Source of the DNA: an uncultured virus (IMG/VR IMGVR_UViG_2519899647_000001)
Taxonomy: Duplodnaviria > Heunggongvirae > Uroviricota > Caudoviricetes
Reading direction: 5' to 3' (one strand)
Length of the DNA stretch: 64,000 bases
Virus record (IMG/VR): IMGVR_UViG_2519899647_000001
The notes beneath the pieces were generated by a model. That model saw nothing but the letters and a program-made list of their open reading frames with translations. It was not told the DNA's origin and ran no database searches. Shown in pieces: positions 46,890 through 56,228 of the stretch. Every line of letters begins with the position of its first letter. The stretch's first letter is position 1. The position numbers were made by a program, and so were the translations under genes.

Positions 46890-46907
46890 TAAGGAAAGGA
46901 GGCGGCG

Positions 46908-47222
46908 GTGATGGATACTCTGCTTGAGAAAGTAAAAGCCAATCTGATACTGGAGCATTCGGCGGATGATGAGCTGCTTTCGCAGTACATCACTGCCGCC
47001 GTTTCCTATGCGGAGAGTTATCAGCATATCGCGGAAGGATACTACACGGAGAACGCAATGCCCGCGACCACGGAGCAGGCTGTCATCATGCTGGCAAGCC
47101 ACTTCTATGAGTCGCGGGACGGCTCCACGGGCGGTTTCTTCTCCGACCATGTGAGTTCCGCACAGCAGGTATGGAACACGGTCAACCTTCTCCTTCGGCT
47201 CGACCGGGATTGGAAGGTGTGA
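46908..47222 (+). CDS. head-tail connector
   Basis: VKANLILEHSADDELL, QAVIMLASHFYESR. Confidence 0.85.
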   Translation: MMDTLLEKVKANLILEHSADDELLSQYITAAVSYAESYQHIAEGYYTENAMPATTEQAVIMLASHFYESRDGSTGGFFSDHVSSAQQVWNTVNLLLRLDRDWKV

Positions 47223-47224
47223 CC

Positions 47225-47557
47225 ATGAGTTTCGGAAAAATGAACACCATCATCACTATCGTGGCAAAACAGCACACCACGGACGATGAGGGCTTTAAGA
47301 CGGAATCGGATGTGACTGTTGCAGAGGTACGGGCTTACCGGGAAGGTCGGCACGGCAGCGAGAAATGGGCGAACATGGCGCAGTTCTCGACTGCCACCGA
47401 CCTTTTCCGTTTCCGCGTTATCCCAGGCGTTACGGTCACCACGGAAATGCGAATCCTCTGTAACGGGCATACCTTTGAGATCACTTCCGTGGAGGATGTG
47501 CGCGGAAAAGGTATGTACCTTGAGGTGCTGGTCGAGGAGGTGAAACAGAGTGGCTAA
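47225..47557 (+). CDS. head closure / head-tail adaptor
   Basis: position; FRFRVIPGV.VTTEMRI..NG.TFEI.SV. Confidence 0.8.
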   Translation: MSFGKMNTIITIVAKQHTTDDEGFKTESDVTVAEVRAYREGRHGSEKWANMAQFSTATDLFRFRVIPGVTVTTEMRILCNGHTFEITSVEDVRGKGMYLEVLVEEVKQSG

Positions 47558-47981
47558 AGCAACATGGAAAATGCCGGAGGAGTTCCTCATGAAGATATCA
47601 CGGCTTGCGGATAAGACCGACACCATCATTCCAAAGGTGCTGGACGCAGGCGCGGAGGTCGTGGAAAGCAAGGTGCGCTCCAACCTGGCATCTGTTATCG
47701 GCAGCGGAACAAAACTGCCATCCCGTTCCACGGGAGAGCTTTTGTCTTCTCTTGGCACCACACCTGCCCTGCAGGATAAGAACGGCGATTTCAATGCGAA
47801 GGTCGGCTTTGCCGAACCGAGGTCTGACGGTGACAGCAACGCCAAGATTGCTACCATCCTCGAATACGGCAAAAGCGGACAGCCTGCAAAACCGTTCCTG
47901 AAGCCTGCGAAATCCTCGTCCAAAAGCGCTGCCATTGAAGCGATGAAGGCAAAACTGGAATCGGAGGTGAACGGCATATGA
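47550..47981 (+). CDS. HK97 gp10-family neck protein
   Basis: LEYGKSGQPAKPFLKPA. Confidence 0.85.
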   Translation: MAKATWKMPEEFLMKISRLADKTDTIIPKVLDAGAEVVESKVRSNLASVIGSGTKLPSRSTGELLSSLGTTPALQDKNGDFNAKVGFAEPRSDGDSNAKIATILEYGKSGQPAKPFLKPAKSSSKSAAIEAMKAKLESEVNGI

Positions 47982-48319
47982 GCCTGTTATCGGAAATAAA
48001 GACCGTGGTCACAGGCTGCGGTCTTCCTGTGGAGACGGGAGTATTCTCGGATGAGCCGCCGGATGAATATGTGGTGGTGACTCCGCTTGCGGACACCTAC
48101 GAGCTTCATGCGGACGATGCTCCCGGATACGAGACACAGGAGGCAAGGCTCTCCCTGTTCTCCAGGGGCAATTATATGCAGCGGAAGAAGCGGCTCTGCA
48201 AGGCGCTCCTTGCCGCTGATTTTGTTATCACGGAAAGGCGGTACATCGGACACGAGGACGATACCGGTTTCCACCACTACGCCATTGACGTGGCGAAACT
48301 TTATGAAACGGAGGATTGA
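47978..48319 (+). CDS. tail terminator-like protein
   Basis: position; HEDDTGFHHYAID. Confidence 0.7.
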   Translation: MSLLSEIKTVVTGCGLPVETGVFSDEPPDEYVVVTPLADTYELHADDAPGYETQEARLSLFSRGNYMQRKKRLCKALLAADFVITERRYIGHEDDTGFHHYAIDVAKLYETED

Positions 48320-48324
48320 ACATT

Positions 48325-48915
48325 ATGGCAACAATCGGTCTTGATAAACTTTTCTATTCCAAGATCACGGAGGACGCAAACGGCAACGAGACCTATGCGA
48401 CTCCCGTGTCCCTTGCCAAGGCAATGACAGCGGAACTGTCCGTGGAACTTGCCGAGGCTACTCTTTACGCCGATGACGGCGCGGCGGAGGTCGTGAAAGA
48501 GTTCCAGAGCGGGACGCTCTCCCTCGGCGTGGACAACATCGGTCTTTCCGTGGCGGCAGACCTTACGGGTGCGACCGTGGACGATAACGGCGTGCTTGTA
48601 TCCGCATCCGAGGACGGCGGCGATCCCGTGGCTATTGGTTTCCGTGCAAAGAAAGCGAACGGCAAGTACAGATACTTCTGGCTCTACCGCGTCATTTTCG
48701 GCATCCCTGCAACGAACCTTACCACCAAGGGCGAGAGCATCGAGTTCTCCACGCCTACCATCGAGGGTACGGTTTACCGCAGGAACAAGGTGGACGCAAA
48801 GGGCAACCATCCCTGGAAAGCGGAGGTGTCCGAGGACGATACGGGCGTGACCGCCGAAACGATCACAGGCTGGTACTCAAATGTTTATGAACCGACCTTT
48901 GAGGGCGAGGGTTAA
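48325..48915 (+). CDS. major tail protein (phi13-like)
   Basis: IGLDKLFY, LYADDG, YRYFWLY. Confidence 0.85.
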   Translation: MATIGLDKLFYSKITEDANGNETYATPVSLAKAMTAELSVELAEATLYADDGAAEVVKEFQSGTLSLGVDNIGLSVAADLTGATVDDNGVLVSASEDGGDPVAIGFRAKKANGKYRYFWLYRVIFGIPATNLTTKGESIEFSTPTIEGTVYRRNKVDAKGNHPWKAEVSEDDTGVTAETITGWYSNVYEPTFEGEG

Positions 48916-48929
48916 GGAGGTAACGCAGA

Positions 48930-49310
48930 ATGGATGAAAGAAGCGCAATTGTAAAAATCGGTGGTCAGGAATATGAGATGCTCCTCACCACCAAGGCAAC
49001 GAAGGAAATCGCCGGACGCTACGGCGGGCTGGAGAACCTGGGCGATAAGCTGATGAAGTCTGAGAACTTCGAGATGGCTCTCGATGAGATCGTGTGGCTC
49101 ATCACGCTACTATGCAACCAGACCATCCTCGTCCACAACTTAAAGCATCCCGATGAGAAAAAGCCGGAACTGACCACGGAGGAGGTTGAGCTTCTCACCT
49201 CGCCGATGGAACTGACGGATTACAAGGACGCTATCATGGAGGCTATGTACAGAGGAACGAAACGCAATATCGAAAGCGAGACAGACTCAAAAAACGCACA
49301 GGTCGGGTAA
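48930..49310 (+). CDS. tail assembly chaperone
   Basis: between major tail and tape measure genes; slippery site near the end. Confidence 0.75.
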   Translation: MDERSAIVKIGGQEYEMLLTTKATKEIAGRYGGLENLGDKLMKSENFEMALDEIVWLITLLCNQTILVHNLKHPDEKKPELTTEEVELLTSPMELTDYKDAIMEAMYRGTKRNIESETDSKNAQVG

Positions 49311-49498
49311 GTGACGAAGAGTTATTTACCCGGCTTTTATATTACGGCATCGGTCAGCTTCATCTTACGCAGGATGAGTTCTGGCTGATGCCGTTCGGTC
49401 TGTTTATGGATTTATGGGAATGCCATAAGCAGTATAACGGCATTTCAAAGCCGAAACAGAATCTCACGATTGACGATGTGATCCCCTATGGAATCTGA
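49289..49498 (+). CDS. -1 frameshift extension of the tail chaperone
   Basis: A AAA AAC at 49289-49295; -1 frame reads ...DEELFTRLLYYGIGQLHL...FWLMP...IPYGI*. Confidence 0.7.
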   Translation, partial: KKRTGRVSDEELFTRLLYYGIGQLHLTQDEFWLMPFGLFMDLWECHKQYNGISKPKQNLTIDDVIPYGI

Positions 49499-49518
49499 CG
49501 GGAAGGAGGTAAAGACGC

Positions 49519-52131
49519 ATGGCTGATAATTTCGGTCTGAAGATCGGTGTTGAAGGCGAGAAGGAATTTAAGAAGGCTCTCGCCGACATCAACCAGTCGT
49601 TCAAGGTACTCGGCTCGGAAATGAAGCTGGTATCCTCGCAGTTTGATAAGAACGACAAGTCCGTGCAGGCTCTGTCCGCACGGAACAATGTGCTGAACAA
49701 GGAAATTGAAGCACAGAGGCAGAAAATCGATACGCTGCGTTCCGCTCTCCAGAATGCGTCAGATTCCTTCGGGGAGACAGACCGCAGGACGCAGAGCTGG
49801 CAGATTCAGCTGAATAACGCCGAGGCTGCCCTTAACGACATGGAGCGGGAACTTAGCGACAACAACGCCGCTCTGGAAGAAGCAAACTCCAACTACGGCA
49901 GAGCCGAGGATGCGCTTGAGGACATGGATCGTGAGATGGACGATGTTACCGACAGCGCGGGCGATATGGGCGATGAAATTGATGAAGCTGGGGATGCAGC
50001 CGAAAAGTCCGAGAGCAAGTTCAAGGGTCTCGGTACCGTCTTAAAGACTGTCGGTGCGGCAATGGGCGCAGTCGTTGTTGCTGCAGGTGCCGCCGCGATA
50101 AAACTCGGCAAGGAAGTCATATCCGCCTATGCGGACTATGAACAGCTTGTCGGCGGTGTCGATACCCTTTTCAAGGATTCCTCGCAGAAGCTCCAGCAGT
50201 ATGCGGCGAACGCCTATAAGACAGCGGGTATGTCGGCAAACGACTACATGGAGACCGTCACGAGCTTCTCTGCAAGCCTGATATCCTCCCTGGGCGGCGA
50301 TACGGAAAAGGCTGTGGAATATGCTGACATGGCCATCACGGATATGTCGGACAACGCCAATAAGATGGGTACCGACATGGCGTCCATTGAGAACGCCTAC
50401 CAGGGCTTTGCCAAGCAGAACTATACGATGCTCGATAACCTCAAACTCGGCTACGGCGGCACGAAATCCGAAATGGAGCGTCTGCTTGCCGATGCGCAGG
50501 CTATCTCCGGCATTGAATACAACATTGACTCCTATGCGGATGTGGTCGAAGCCATCCATGTGATACAGACGAGTATGGATATCACAGGCACGACCGCACG
50601 GGAAGCGGAACACACCATTTCCGGCTCCATAAATTCCATGCAGGCGGCTCTTCAGAACCTCGTGGTCGGATTCGGCAATGCCGATGCGGATATGGAGCAG
50701 CTCTGCAACAATGTCGTGGATTCGTTCAAGGATGTGGTGGCGAATGTCACGCCTATCATCCAGAACATCGTGGCGGCACTGCCCACCGCAACAGGCGCAT
50801 TGCTTGAAGCCGTGGCAGAGCTTCTCCCTACGCTCCTTCAGACGGTGACAGAACTGTTCTCCCAGGTTTTGACCACACTTCTAAACCTCCTGCCGAGCCT
50901 GATTCCGGCAGCGGTCGAGGCGGTCATGACGATTGTGAATGCCATCATAGAGAATCTTCCTCTGCTTATCGAAGCGGCCGTCCAACTTGTGGCTACGCTC
51001 GTGCAGGGTATCGGCGAGGCACTGCCTACGCTCATTCCTGCGGCGGTACAGGCAATCGTGACCATCGTGCAGGGTTTGATTGACAACCTCCCAATGATAC
51101 TGGATGCGGCGCTTCAGTTGATTATGGGACTGGCACAGGGCATCCTTGACGCTATCCCTGTGCTGATTGAAGCTCTGCCCGCAATCATTACAAGCATCGT
51201 GGAATTTATCGCGGGCGCTATTCCACAGATCATCGATGCCGGGATTCAGCTTCTTACTTCGCTGATTACGGCTTTACCACAGATTATCCAGGCAATCGTG
51301 GCGGCGATACCGCAGATCATTGACGGTATCCTTACCGCTATCCTCGGCAGTATCCCGCAGCTGATTGACGCGGGCGTCCGTCTGCTGGTCGCTCTGATAC
51401 AGAATCTGCCGACCATCATCACCACGATTGTGAATGCGATACCGCAGATAATCACGAGCATCGTGAACGCGCTCATCGGAAACATCGACAAGATCATCAT
51501 GGCGGGCGTTCAGCTGTTCGTGGCTCTTATCAAGAACCTGCCGCAGATCATCGTGGCAATCGTGAAAGCCGTGCCGCAGATCATATCAGCCATCGTGAAG
51601 GGCTTTGCAAGCGGTGCGTCCCAGATGGCAACCATCGGTCTGAACCTTATCAAGGGTATCTGGAACGGCATCGGCGATGCGGCCTCCTGGCTGTGGAGCA
51701 AGGTCAGCGGTTTCTGCTCGAACCTGCTCAGTAAGATCAAGGGCTTCTTCGGAATATCCTCACCGTCTAAGGAGATGGCGTGGGTCGGCGATATGCTTAC
51801 CCAGGGGCTTGCTGGAGGTATCGATGACTCGGCAAAGGTCGCTATCAATGCCACGCAGGATTTGAACAAGGGCATCATGGATGTAATGGACGGACTGGCG
51901 GATGATATGCAGTCTGCCGTTCCGAGCAATTTCAACCTTGACGCGGATGCTACGGTGCGCTCCGTGGCAAGCGGTATGTCCGGCGTGGGTAGCGGCAATT
52001 CCTATGGTGCGCTGGTTTCGGTCGGACAGATGATCGTCCGCAGCGAGGACGATATCCGCAGGATTTCGCAGGAACTTTATAACCTGATACAGACTGGCTC
52101 CCGTGCGCAGGGGCGCTTTTCAACGGCTTAA
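49519..52131 (+). CDS. tape measure protein
   Basis: GLKIGVEGEKEFK, coiled coil, AYQGFAKQNYTMLDNLKLGYGGT, amphipathic Pro-spaced repeats. Confidence 0.9.
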   Translation: MADNFGLKIGVEGEKEFKKALADINQSFKVLGSEMKLVSSQFDKNDKSVQALSARNNVLNKEIEAQRQKIDTLRSALQNASDSFGETDRRTQSWQIQLNNAEAALNDMERELSDNNAALEEANSNYGRAEDALEDMDREMDDVTDSAGDMGDEIDEAGDAAEKSESKFKGLGTVLKTVGAAMGAVVVAAGAAAIKLGKEVISAYADYEQLVGGVDTLFKDSSQKLQQYAANAYKTAGMSANDYMETVTSFSASLISSLGGDTEKAVEYADMAITDMSDNANKMGTDMASIENAYQGFAKQNYTMLDNLKLGYGGTKSEMERLLADAQAISGIEYNIDSYADVVEAIHVIQTSMDITGTTAREAEHTISGSINSMQAALQNLVVGFGNADADMEQLCNNVVDSFKDVVANVTPIIQNIVAALPTATGALLEAVAELLPTLLQTVTELFSQVLTTLLNLLPSLIPAAVEAVMTIVNAIIENLPLLIEAAVQLVATLVQGIGEALPTLIPAAVQAIVTIVQGLIDNLPMILDAALQLIMGLAQGILDAIPVLIEALPAIITSIVEFIAGAIPQIIDAGIQLLTSLITALPQIIQAIVAAIPQIIDGILTAILGSIPQLIDAGVRLLVALIQNLPTIITTIVNAIPQIITSIVNALIGNIDKIIMAGVQLFVALIKNLPQIIVAIVKAVPQIISAIVKGFASGASQMATIGLNLIKGIWNGIGDAASWLWSKVSGFCSNLLSKIKGFFGISSPSKEMAWVGDMLTQGLAGGIDDSAKVAINATQDLNKGIMDVMDGLADDMQSAVPSNFNLDADATVRSVASGMSGVGSGNSYGALVSVGQMIVRSEDDIRRISQELYNLIQTGSRAQGRFSTA

Positions 52132-52144
52132 GGAGGTGCGCTGA

Positions 52145-52924
52145 ATGGGTTTTACATACAACGATACGGCATCTGCCGATATGGGGCTTAAGGCACGGCT
52201 CACCTCCTGGCAGGTGTGCGGAGGGCTGCGAAACTATACGGCGTCCATTCCCGGCAAGAGCGGTGTGGCGGATTTCGGAGCGGATTTCGACTACAGAGAG
52301 ATCAATGTCTCCTGCAGTATTGCTCCGAAGAGAAACTTTGCATCTCTTGTTTCGGTACTGGACGATATATCGCTCTGGCTCGATCCCACGGACGGACTGA
52401 AACAGCTTGTTTTCGATGATGTGCCGGACAGGTACTTCATGGCACGGCTTTACGAAAAGGTGGACTGCGAAAGGCTACTCGTTCGCTCGGCGGGTAGCTT
52501 CGATTTGAAGTTTTTCTGTCCCGATCCCTTTGCCTACGCTGTGGAGGATGAGGAGTTTTCCATTACTTCCACCGGAACGCATACGGTCAGAAGGACGAAA
52601 GGCAATGTGGCGTCCAATCCCGTGTACCGCATCAAGGGCGTGATCTCCTCCGGCGTAAGTAACTACATCACCATTATCACGAACGGTTCACAGCTTAAAG
52701 TGGTGAACGCTGCTCTTGCGGCAGCGGAAACGCTGGTGGTCGATACGGATATGATGACCGCCTGGGTGGAGGACGCAAACGGGAATGTCCTGCGGAACGG
52801 ACTGCCGTATCTTTCAGAACTGAACTTCCCAACGCTTTCTGTCGGGAATAATACAATCGCTGTGGCGGCGAACAACGCCACATTTACAAGGCTTGAAATT
52901 GAAGCCAAGAGCAGATGGAGGTGA
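52145..52924 (+). CDS. distal tail protein (Dit)
   Basis: LVFDDVPDRYFMAR, FFCPDPFAY; follows the tape measure gene. Confidence 0.85.
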   Translation: MGFTYNDTASADMGLKARLTSWQVCGGLRNYTASIPGKSGVADFGADFDYREINVSCSIAPKRNFASLVSVLDDISLWLDPTDGLKQLVFDDVPDRYFMARLYEKVDCERLLVRSAGSFDLKFFCPDPFAYAVEDEEFSITSTGTHTVRRTKGNVASNPVYRIKGVISSGVSNYITIITNGSQLKVVNAALAAAETLVVDTDMMTAWVEDANGNVLRNGLPYLSELNFPTLSVGNNTIAVAANNATFTRLEIEAKSRWR

Positions 52925-52930
52925 CGGCGG

Positions 52931-55456
52931 ATGTCCTTAAAAACGATACTGAATAAACAGACGGACTTCACGGGTGAGTTCCCGGCGGAGTACGCAAAGG
53001 GCGGTCTGTGGCGTTTCAACGAGGATGCTCCCGATGCCGACACCTGCCTTACTGATTCCTCCGGGAACGGCAGGAAGGCATATATCAACAAATGGAGTGG
53101 AACGACCGCGTCTCTGACTGACGGTGTGTTCGGCTCCTATTTTCGCATGAACATCAACAATCCATCCTCGGAGCAGACCTATCTGAAGGTCACGAATGAC
53201 GGCACGATATTCTCCGATCTTGGGGAACGGATCATCGTGGGCGGCTGGATGCGACCGACCACCTATTCCGTGGGAAACACATACACGCCGATTCTCTCTA
53301 CCCGAGGTGGTACGGGACAGCCGATTTTTTATCTGTCCCTCATCCGCGGAAAGCCGAGATTGATGCTCTACAATTCCTCCGGCTCCCTGATATTGGATAC
53401 CTCGGTCACGCCGTCCTTCAATCTTGAAAATGCCAAGTGGTACTTCATCGCGGCGGTGATCGAGCCGGACAATAAAAAAGCCTGGTACGTGGTCGGCGAT
53501 AAGGACAGCGGTACGGTGTGGAAATCCTCCGCACTGACCTTCACGGGTGAACTGAACCGCTCCTGCACGGCAGACCTAATCTGGGGAATGCTGAACAGTT
53601 CCTACTGGTATGCAGGCGGCTTTGACGACTGGTTTTTGGACTGCGATTCGGAACTTACCGCTGATGACCTTATGGATTATTTCCGCTCTGCTGTTATGGC
53701 GAATGCAGGAGATACCACGGGAACTGTTGACGGAATCACCGAGCCTGGAACGGTCACGCTCCGTGCTTCGAGTGGCGTCTATCCCACAGAAGGTATCCTT
53801 ACCACGGCGGCTGCAGAGTGCAACCTGTCCGGCACGGGTCGTGTGTCTGTGACGAGCGAGTATGTCTCAAGCACGACCGCTGTTTCCCTGGTGGAGACTT
53901 CCACAAGTGATGATCTTATCACATGGAGCGATTGGGTGGCGGTCCCTTCGGACGGCAAACTGGCGTCTCCCAACAGGGAGTACATCCGATTCCGGGTGAC
54001 GCTCACAACGACCGAGACGAACCTGACACCGAAGGTCGTGGATATACGGCTTTACGATATCCCTCGCTCTCCCTATGAGAAAATCGGCTATGCCCGTCCC
54101 GTTGTTCTTGACAGCAACGGAGCGTGGGAGGCGGTGCTTGAAAATGCCTATGACATCATCGTAACGGGCGAGATCAACGGCGAGGATACGCTTTCCTTCA
54201 AGATTCCTTACCGGGATAGCAAGCGGTCATATATCGACAGCGAGAAAAAGATACAGATCGTGGACGATATCTACAAGGTGCGCACAGTCAAGGATACAAA
54301 AGATACCGAAGGCAACGCCATCACAGAGGTGTATGCCGAGGCGGAGTTTTACGATCTTACCTTCTCTGTCAGAAAAGAGGAACGCAGCTTTGAAGCTGAA
54401 ACTGCTGAAGTGCCTATGGCTTATGCCCTTGCCGGCACGGAATGGGCGGTCGGCACGGTCAACGTGCGCACCAAGAGGACATGGACAAGCAGCGAGAAAA
54501 ACGCTCTGTCCATCCTCCGAAATGTGGCAGACCTGCACGGCGGCGATCTGGTCTTTGACTGCGCCAACAGGCTTGTGCATCTCTTAACCGTGAGCGGCAA
54601 GGACAGCGGTGCGCTGTTCGCCTATAGAAAGAACATGAAGTCCATACAGAGGGTGGTCGATACCCGCAGCCTTGTGACCAGACTCTATGCCGTAGGCGCA
54701 GACGGGCTGACTTTTTCCGACATCAACGGTGGCAAGCCCTATGTGGAGGACTTTTCCTATACGAACGAGATACGCATTTCCACGCTGGACTGCTCGTCCT
54801 TCACAAATCCGTATCAGATGAAGGAGTATGCGGAGATGCGCCTTGCACAGTACGCCAAGCCGACTATTTCCTATGTGCTGAACGCTATGGATTTATCCGT
54901 CCTTACGGGCTACGAGCATGAAGCATGGGAACTTGGGGACTATGTGCGTGTAGAGGACAAGGAGCTGGGTATTTCGGTCACAACGAGAATCGTTCGCCGG
55001 GAATACAACCTGCAGGAGCCGTGGAACACGGTACTTGAACTATCCACCACGCTGAAGAACCTCGGCAGTTCCGCAAGTCAATGGGACAACGCAGCAGACA
55101 CCTTGGAAGGCACAAGCATGGTATCCAATGACGATATCCGTGAAATGGTGCCGTTCAACCTTCTGCGAAACTCCCGTGCTGACGATGGGCTTGCCTATTG
55201 GACGAGTTCCGGCTTTGTGGCTGATGGCGATAACGGTGCATCCGGGACGGCATCCTTCAAGGCAGAGGGCGTATCAGGCATGACCAAGAGCCTGTCGCAG
55301 ACTGTGTATCCCGCCAACCGTGACAGTTATACGATCTCGGCGCAGATCGGCTCGGAGGACTTGGAGAAACTTTCAGACTCCTCACAGGTCGGAATCGAGG
55401 TCATCATCGAATACGAGGACGGTACGACAGAGAGCCGTTTCATTGACTTGTACTGA
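52931..55456 (+). CDS. tail tip/hub protein with N-terminal LamG-like and partial C-terminal CBM-like domain
   Basis: GLWRFNE...WYFIAAV; KNMKSIQRVVDTRSLVTRLYAVG; LGDYVRVEDKELG; NLLRNSRA. Confidence 0.75.
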   Translation: MSLKTILNKQTDFTGEFPAEYAKGGLWRFNEDAPDADTCLTDSSGNGRKAYINKWSGTTASLTDGVFGSYFRMNINNPSSEQTYLKVTNDGTIFSDLGERIIVGGWMRPTTYSVGNTYTPILSTRGGTGQPIFYLSLIRGKPRLMLYNSSGSLILDTSVTPSFNLENAKWYFIAAVIEPDNKKAWYVVGDKDSGTVWKSSALTFTGELNRSCTADLIWGMLNSSYWYAGGFDDWFLDCDSELTADDLMDYFRSAVMANAGDTTGTVDGITEPGTVTLRASSGVYPTEGILTTAAAECNLSGTGRVSVTSEYVSSTTAVSLVETSTSDDLITWSDWVAVPSDGKLASPNREYIRFRVTLTTTETNLTPKVVDIRLYDIPRSPYEKIGYARPVVLDSNGAWEAVLENAYDIIVTGEINGEDTLSFKIPYRDSKRSYIDSEKKIQIVDDIYKVRTVKDTKDTEGNAITEVYAEAEFYDLTFSVRKEERSFEAETAEVPMAYALAGTEWAVGTVNVRTKRTWTSSEKNALSILRNVADLHGGDLVFDCANRLVHLLTVSGKDSGALFAYRKNMKSIQRVVDTRSLVTRLYAVGADGLTFSDINGGKPYVEDFSYTNEIRISTLDCSSFTNPYQMKEYAEMRLAQYAKPTISYVLNAMDLSVLTGYEHEAWELGDYVRVEDKELGISVTTRIVRREYNLQEPWNTVLELSTTLKNLGSSASQWDNAADTLEGTSMVSNDDIREMVPFNLLRNSRADDGLAYWTSSGFVADGDNGASGTASFKAEGVSGMTKSLSQTVYPANRDSYTISAQIGSEDLEKLSDSSQVGIEVIIEYEDGTTESRFIDLY

Positions 55457-55468
55457 TGGAGGTGGGCT

Positions 55469-55666
55469 ATGGTTTATTTTTCAAAAACACAGGCGAAGGT
55501 ATCGCCGGAGCATTATGGGGACAGGATCAAGTCCATCACCGTCCGTATCTGCGTCACGAACTGCACGGGAAAACTCTATGTGACGGACATACTCCTCCAG
55601 GCGGGAGCGGTCGCTACGGGATGGGTAGGACATCCCTGCGAGATCAAGTGGACGCTCGATGGGTAA
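55469..55666 (+). CDS. small tail-associated protein
   Basis: RBS GGAGGTG; ITVRICVTNCTGKLYVTDILLQAG. Confidence 0.65.
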   Translation: MVYFSKTQAKVSPEHYGDRIKSITVRICVTNCTGKLYVTDILLQAGAVATGWVGHPCEIKWTLDG

Positions 55667-56228
55667 CGTCAGATTCATCCGCCTTGCGGAGGTCGTGAAC
55701 AAAAAACAGGATAAGCGTGTCGTGAGCGTAACGGTGGTTCCTACCATCACCGATTGCTCCGGCACGATTTATTTTACCGACCTTCAGCTGCAGGAAGGTC
55801 CCGCTCTGACGGGCTATGCTCCGCATACGGAGATTTGCCTAAAGGAATCAGAGAATGCTCCTGTTTGGTTCAACGGCATCGTCCGCTCGGAAGAAACGGT
55901 GATTCTCTTAAACCTCGGTGGTACATCGGCAGGGCTTGATATCAACCTCTATCCAAAACAGTACATGGAGGGCGGCTCTGTCACGCTGGCACAGGGTGTC
56001 GGCGGTCAGAAAGCGACCTTCCCGAATGCTATGAACGCTGGGGACAATGTGGCTCTGCTGGCATCCAAGAGGGAATGCACGAGGAACGGAGCGAAGGAAA
56101 CGAAAGAGGGTTTTTATCAGTACAGTGCGGCGTGGGATTCCAAACACATCGTGTCCCTTCCGCAAGGAAAATCCGCGCAGCTTTTATATTCGATGCAGGA
56201 AATGGACGATGGAGGTGAATTGCTCTGA
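55659..56228 (+). CDS. tail-associated hypothetical protein
   Basis: N-terminus similar to the preceding small ORF. Confidence 0.65.
   Translation: MGNVRFIRLAEVVNKKQDKRVVSVTVVPTITDCSGTIYFTDLQLQEGPALTGYAPHTEICLKESENAPVWFNGIVRSEETVILLNLGGTSAGLDINLYPKQYMEGGSVTLAQGVGGQKATFPNAMNAGDNVALLASKRECTRNGAKETKEGFYQYSAAWDSKHIVSLPQGKSAQLLYSMQEMDDGGELL

Noticed and set aside
29376..47150. Long antisense ORFs (29376-30680, 35054-36163, 35484-36968, 45492-47150)
   Set aside because: Shadows of well-supported plus-strand genes in GC-rich coding DNA; no motifs recognised.
50760..51620. Repetitive sequence resembling an array
   Set aside because: Amphipathic coding repeats of the tape measure protein; no constant repeat-spacer structure, so not CRISPR.
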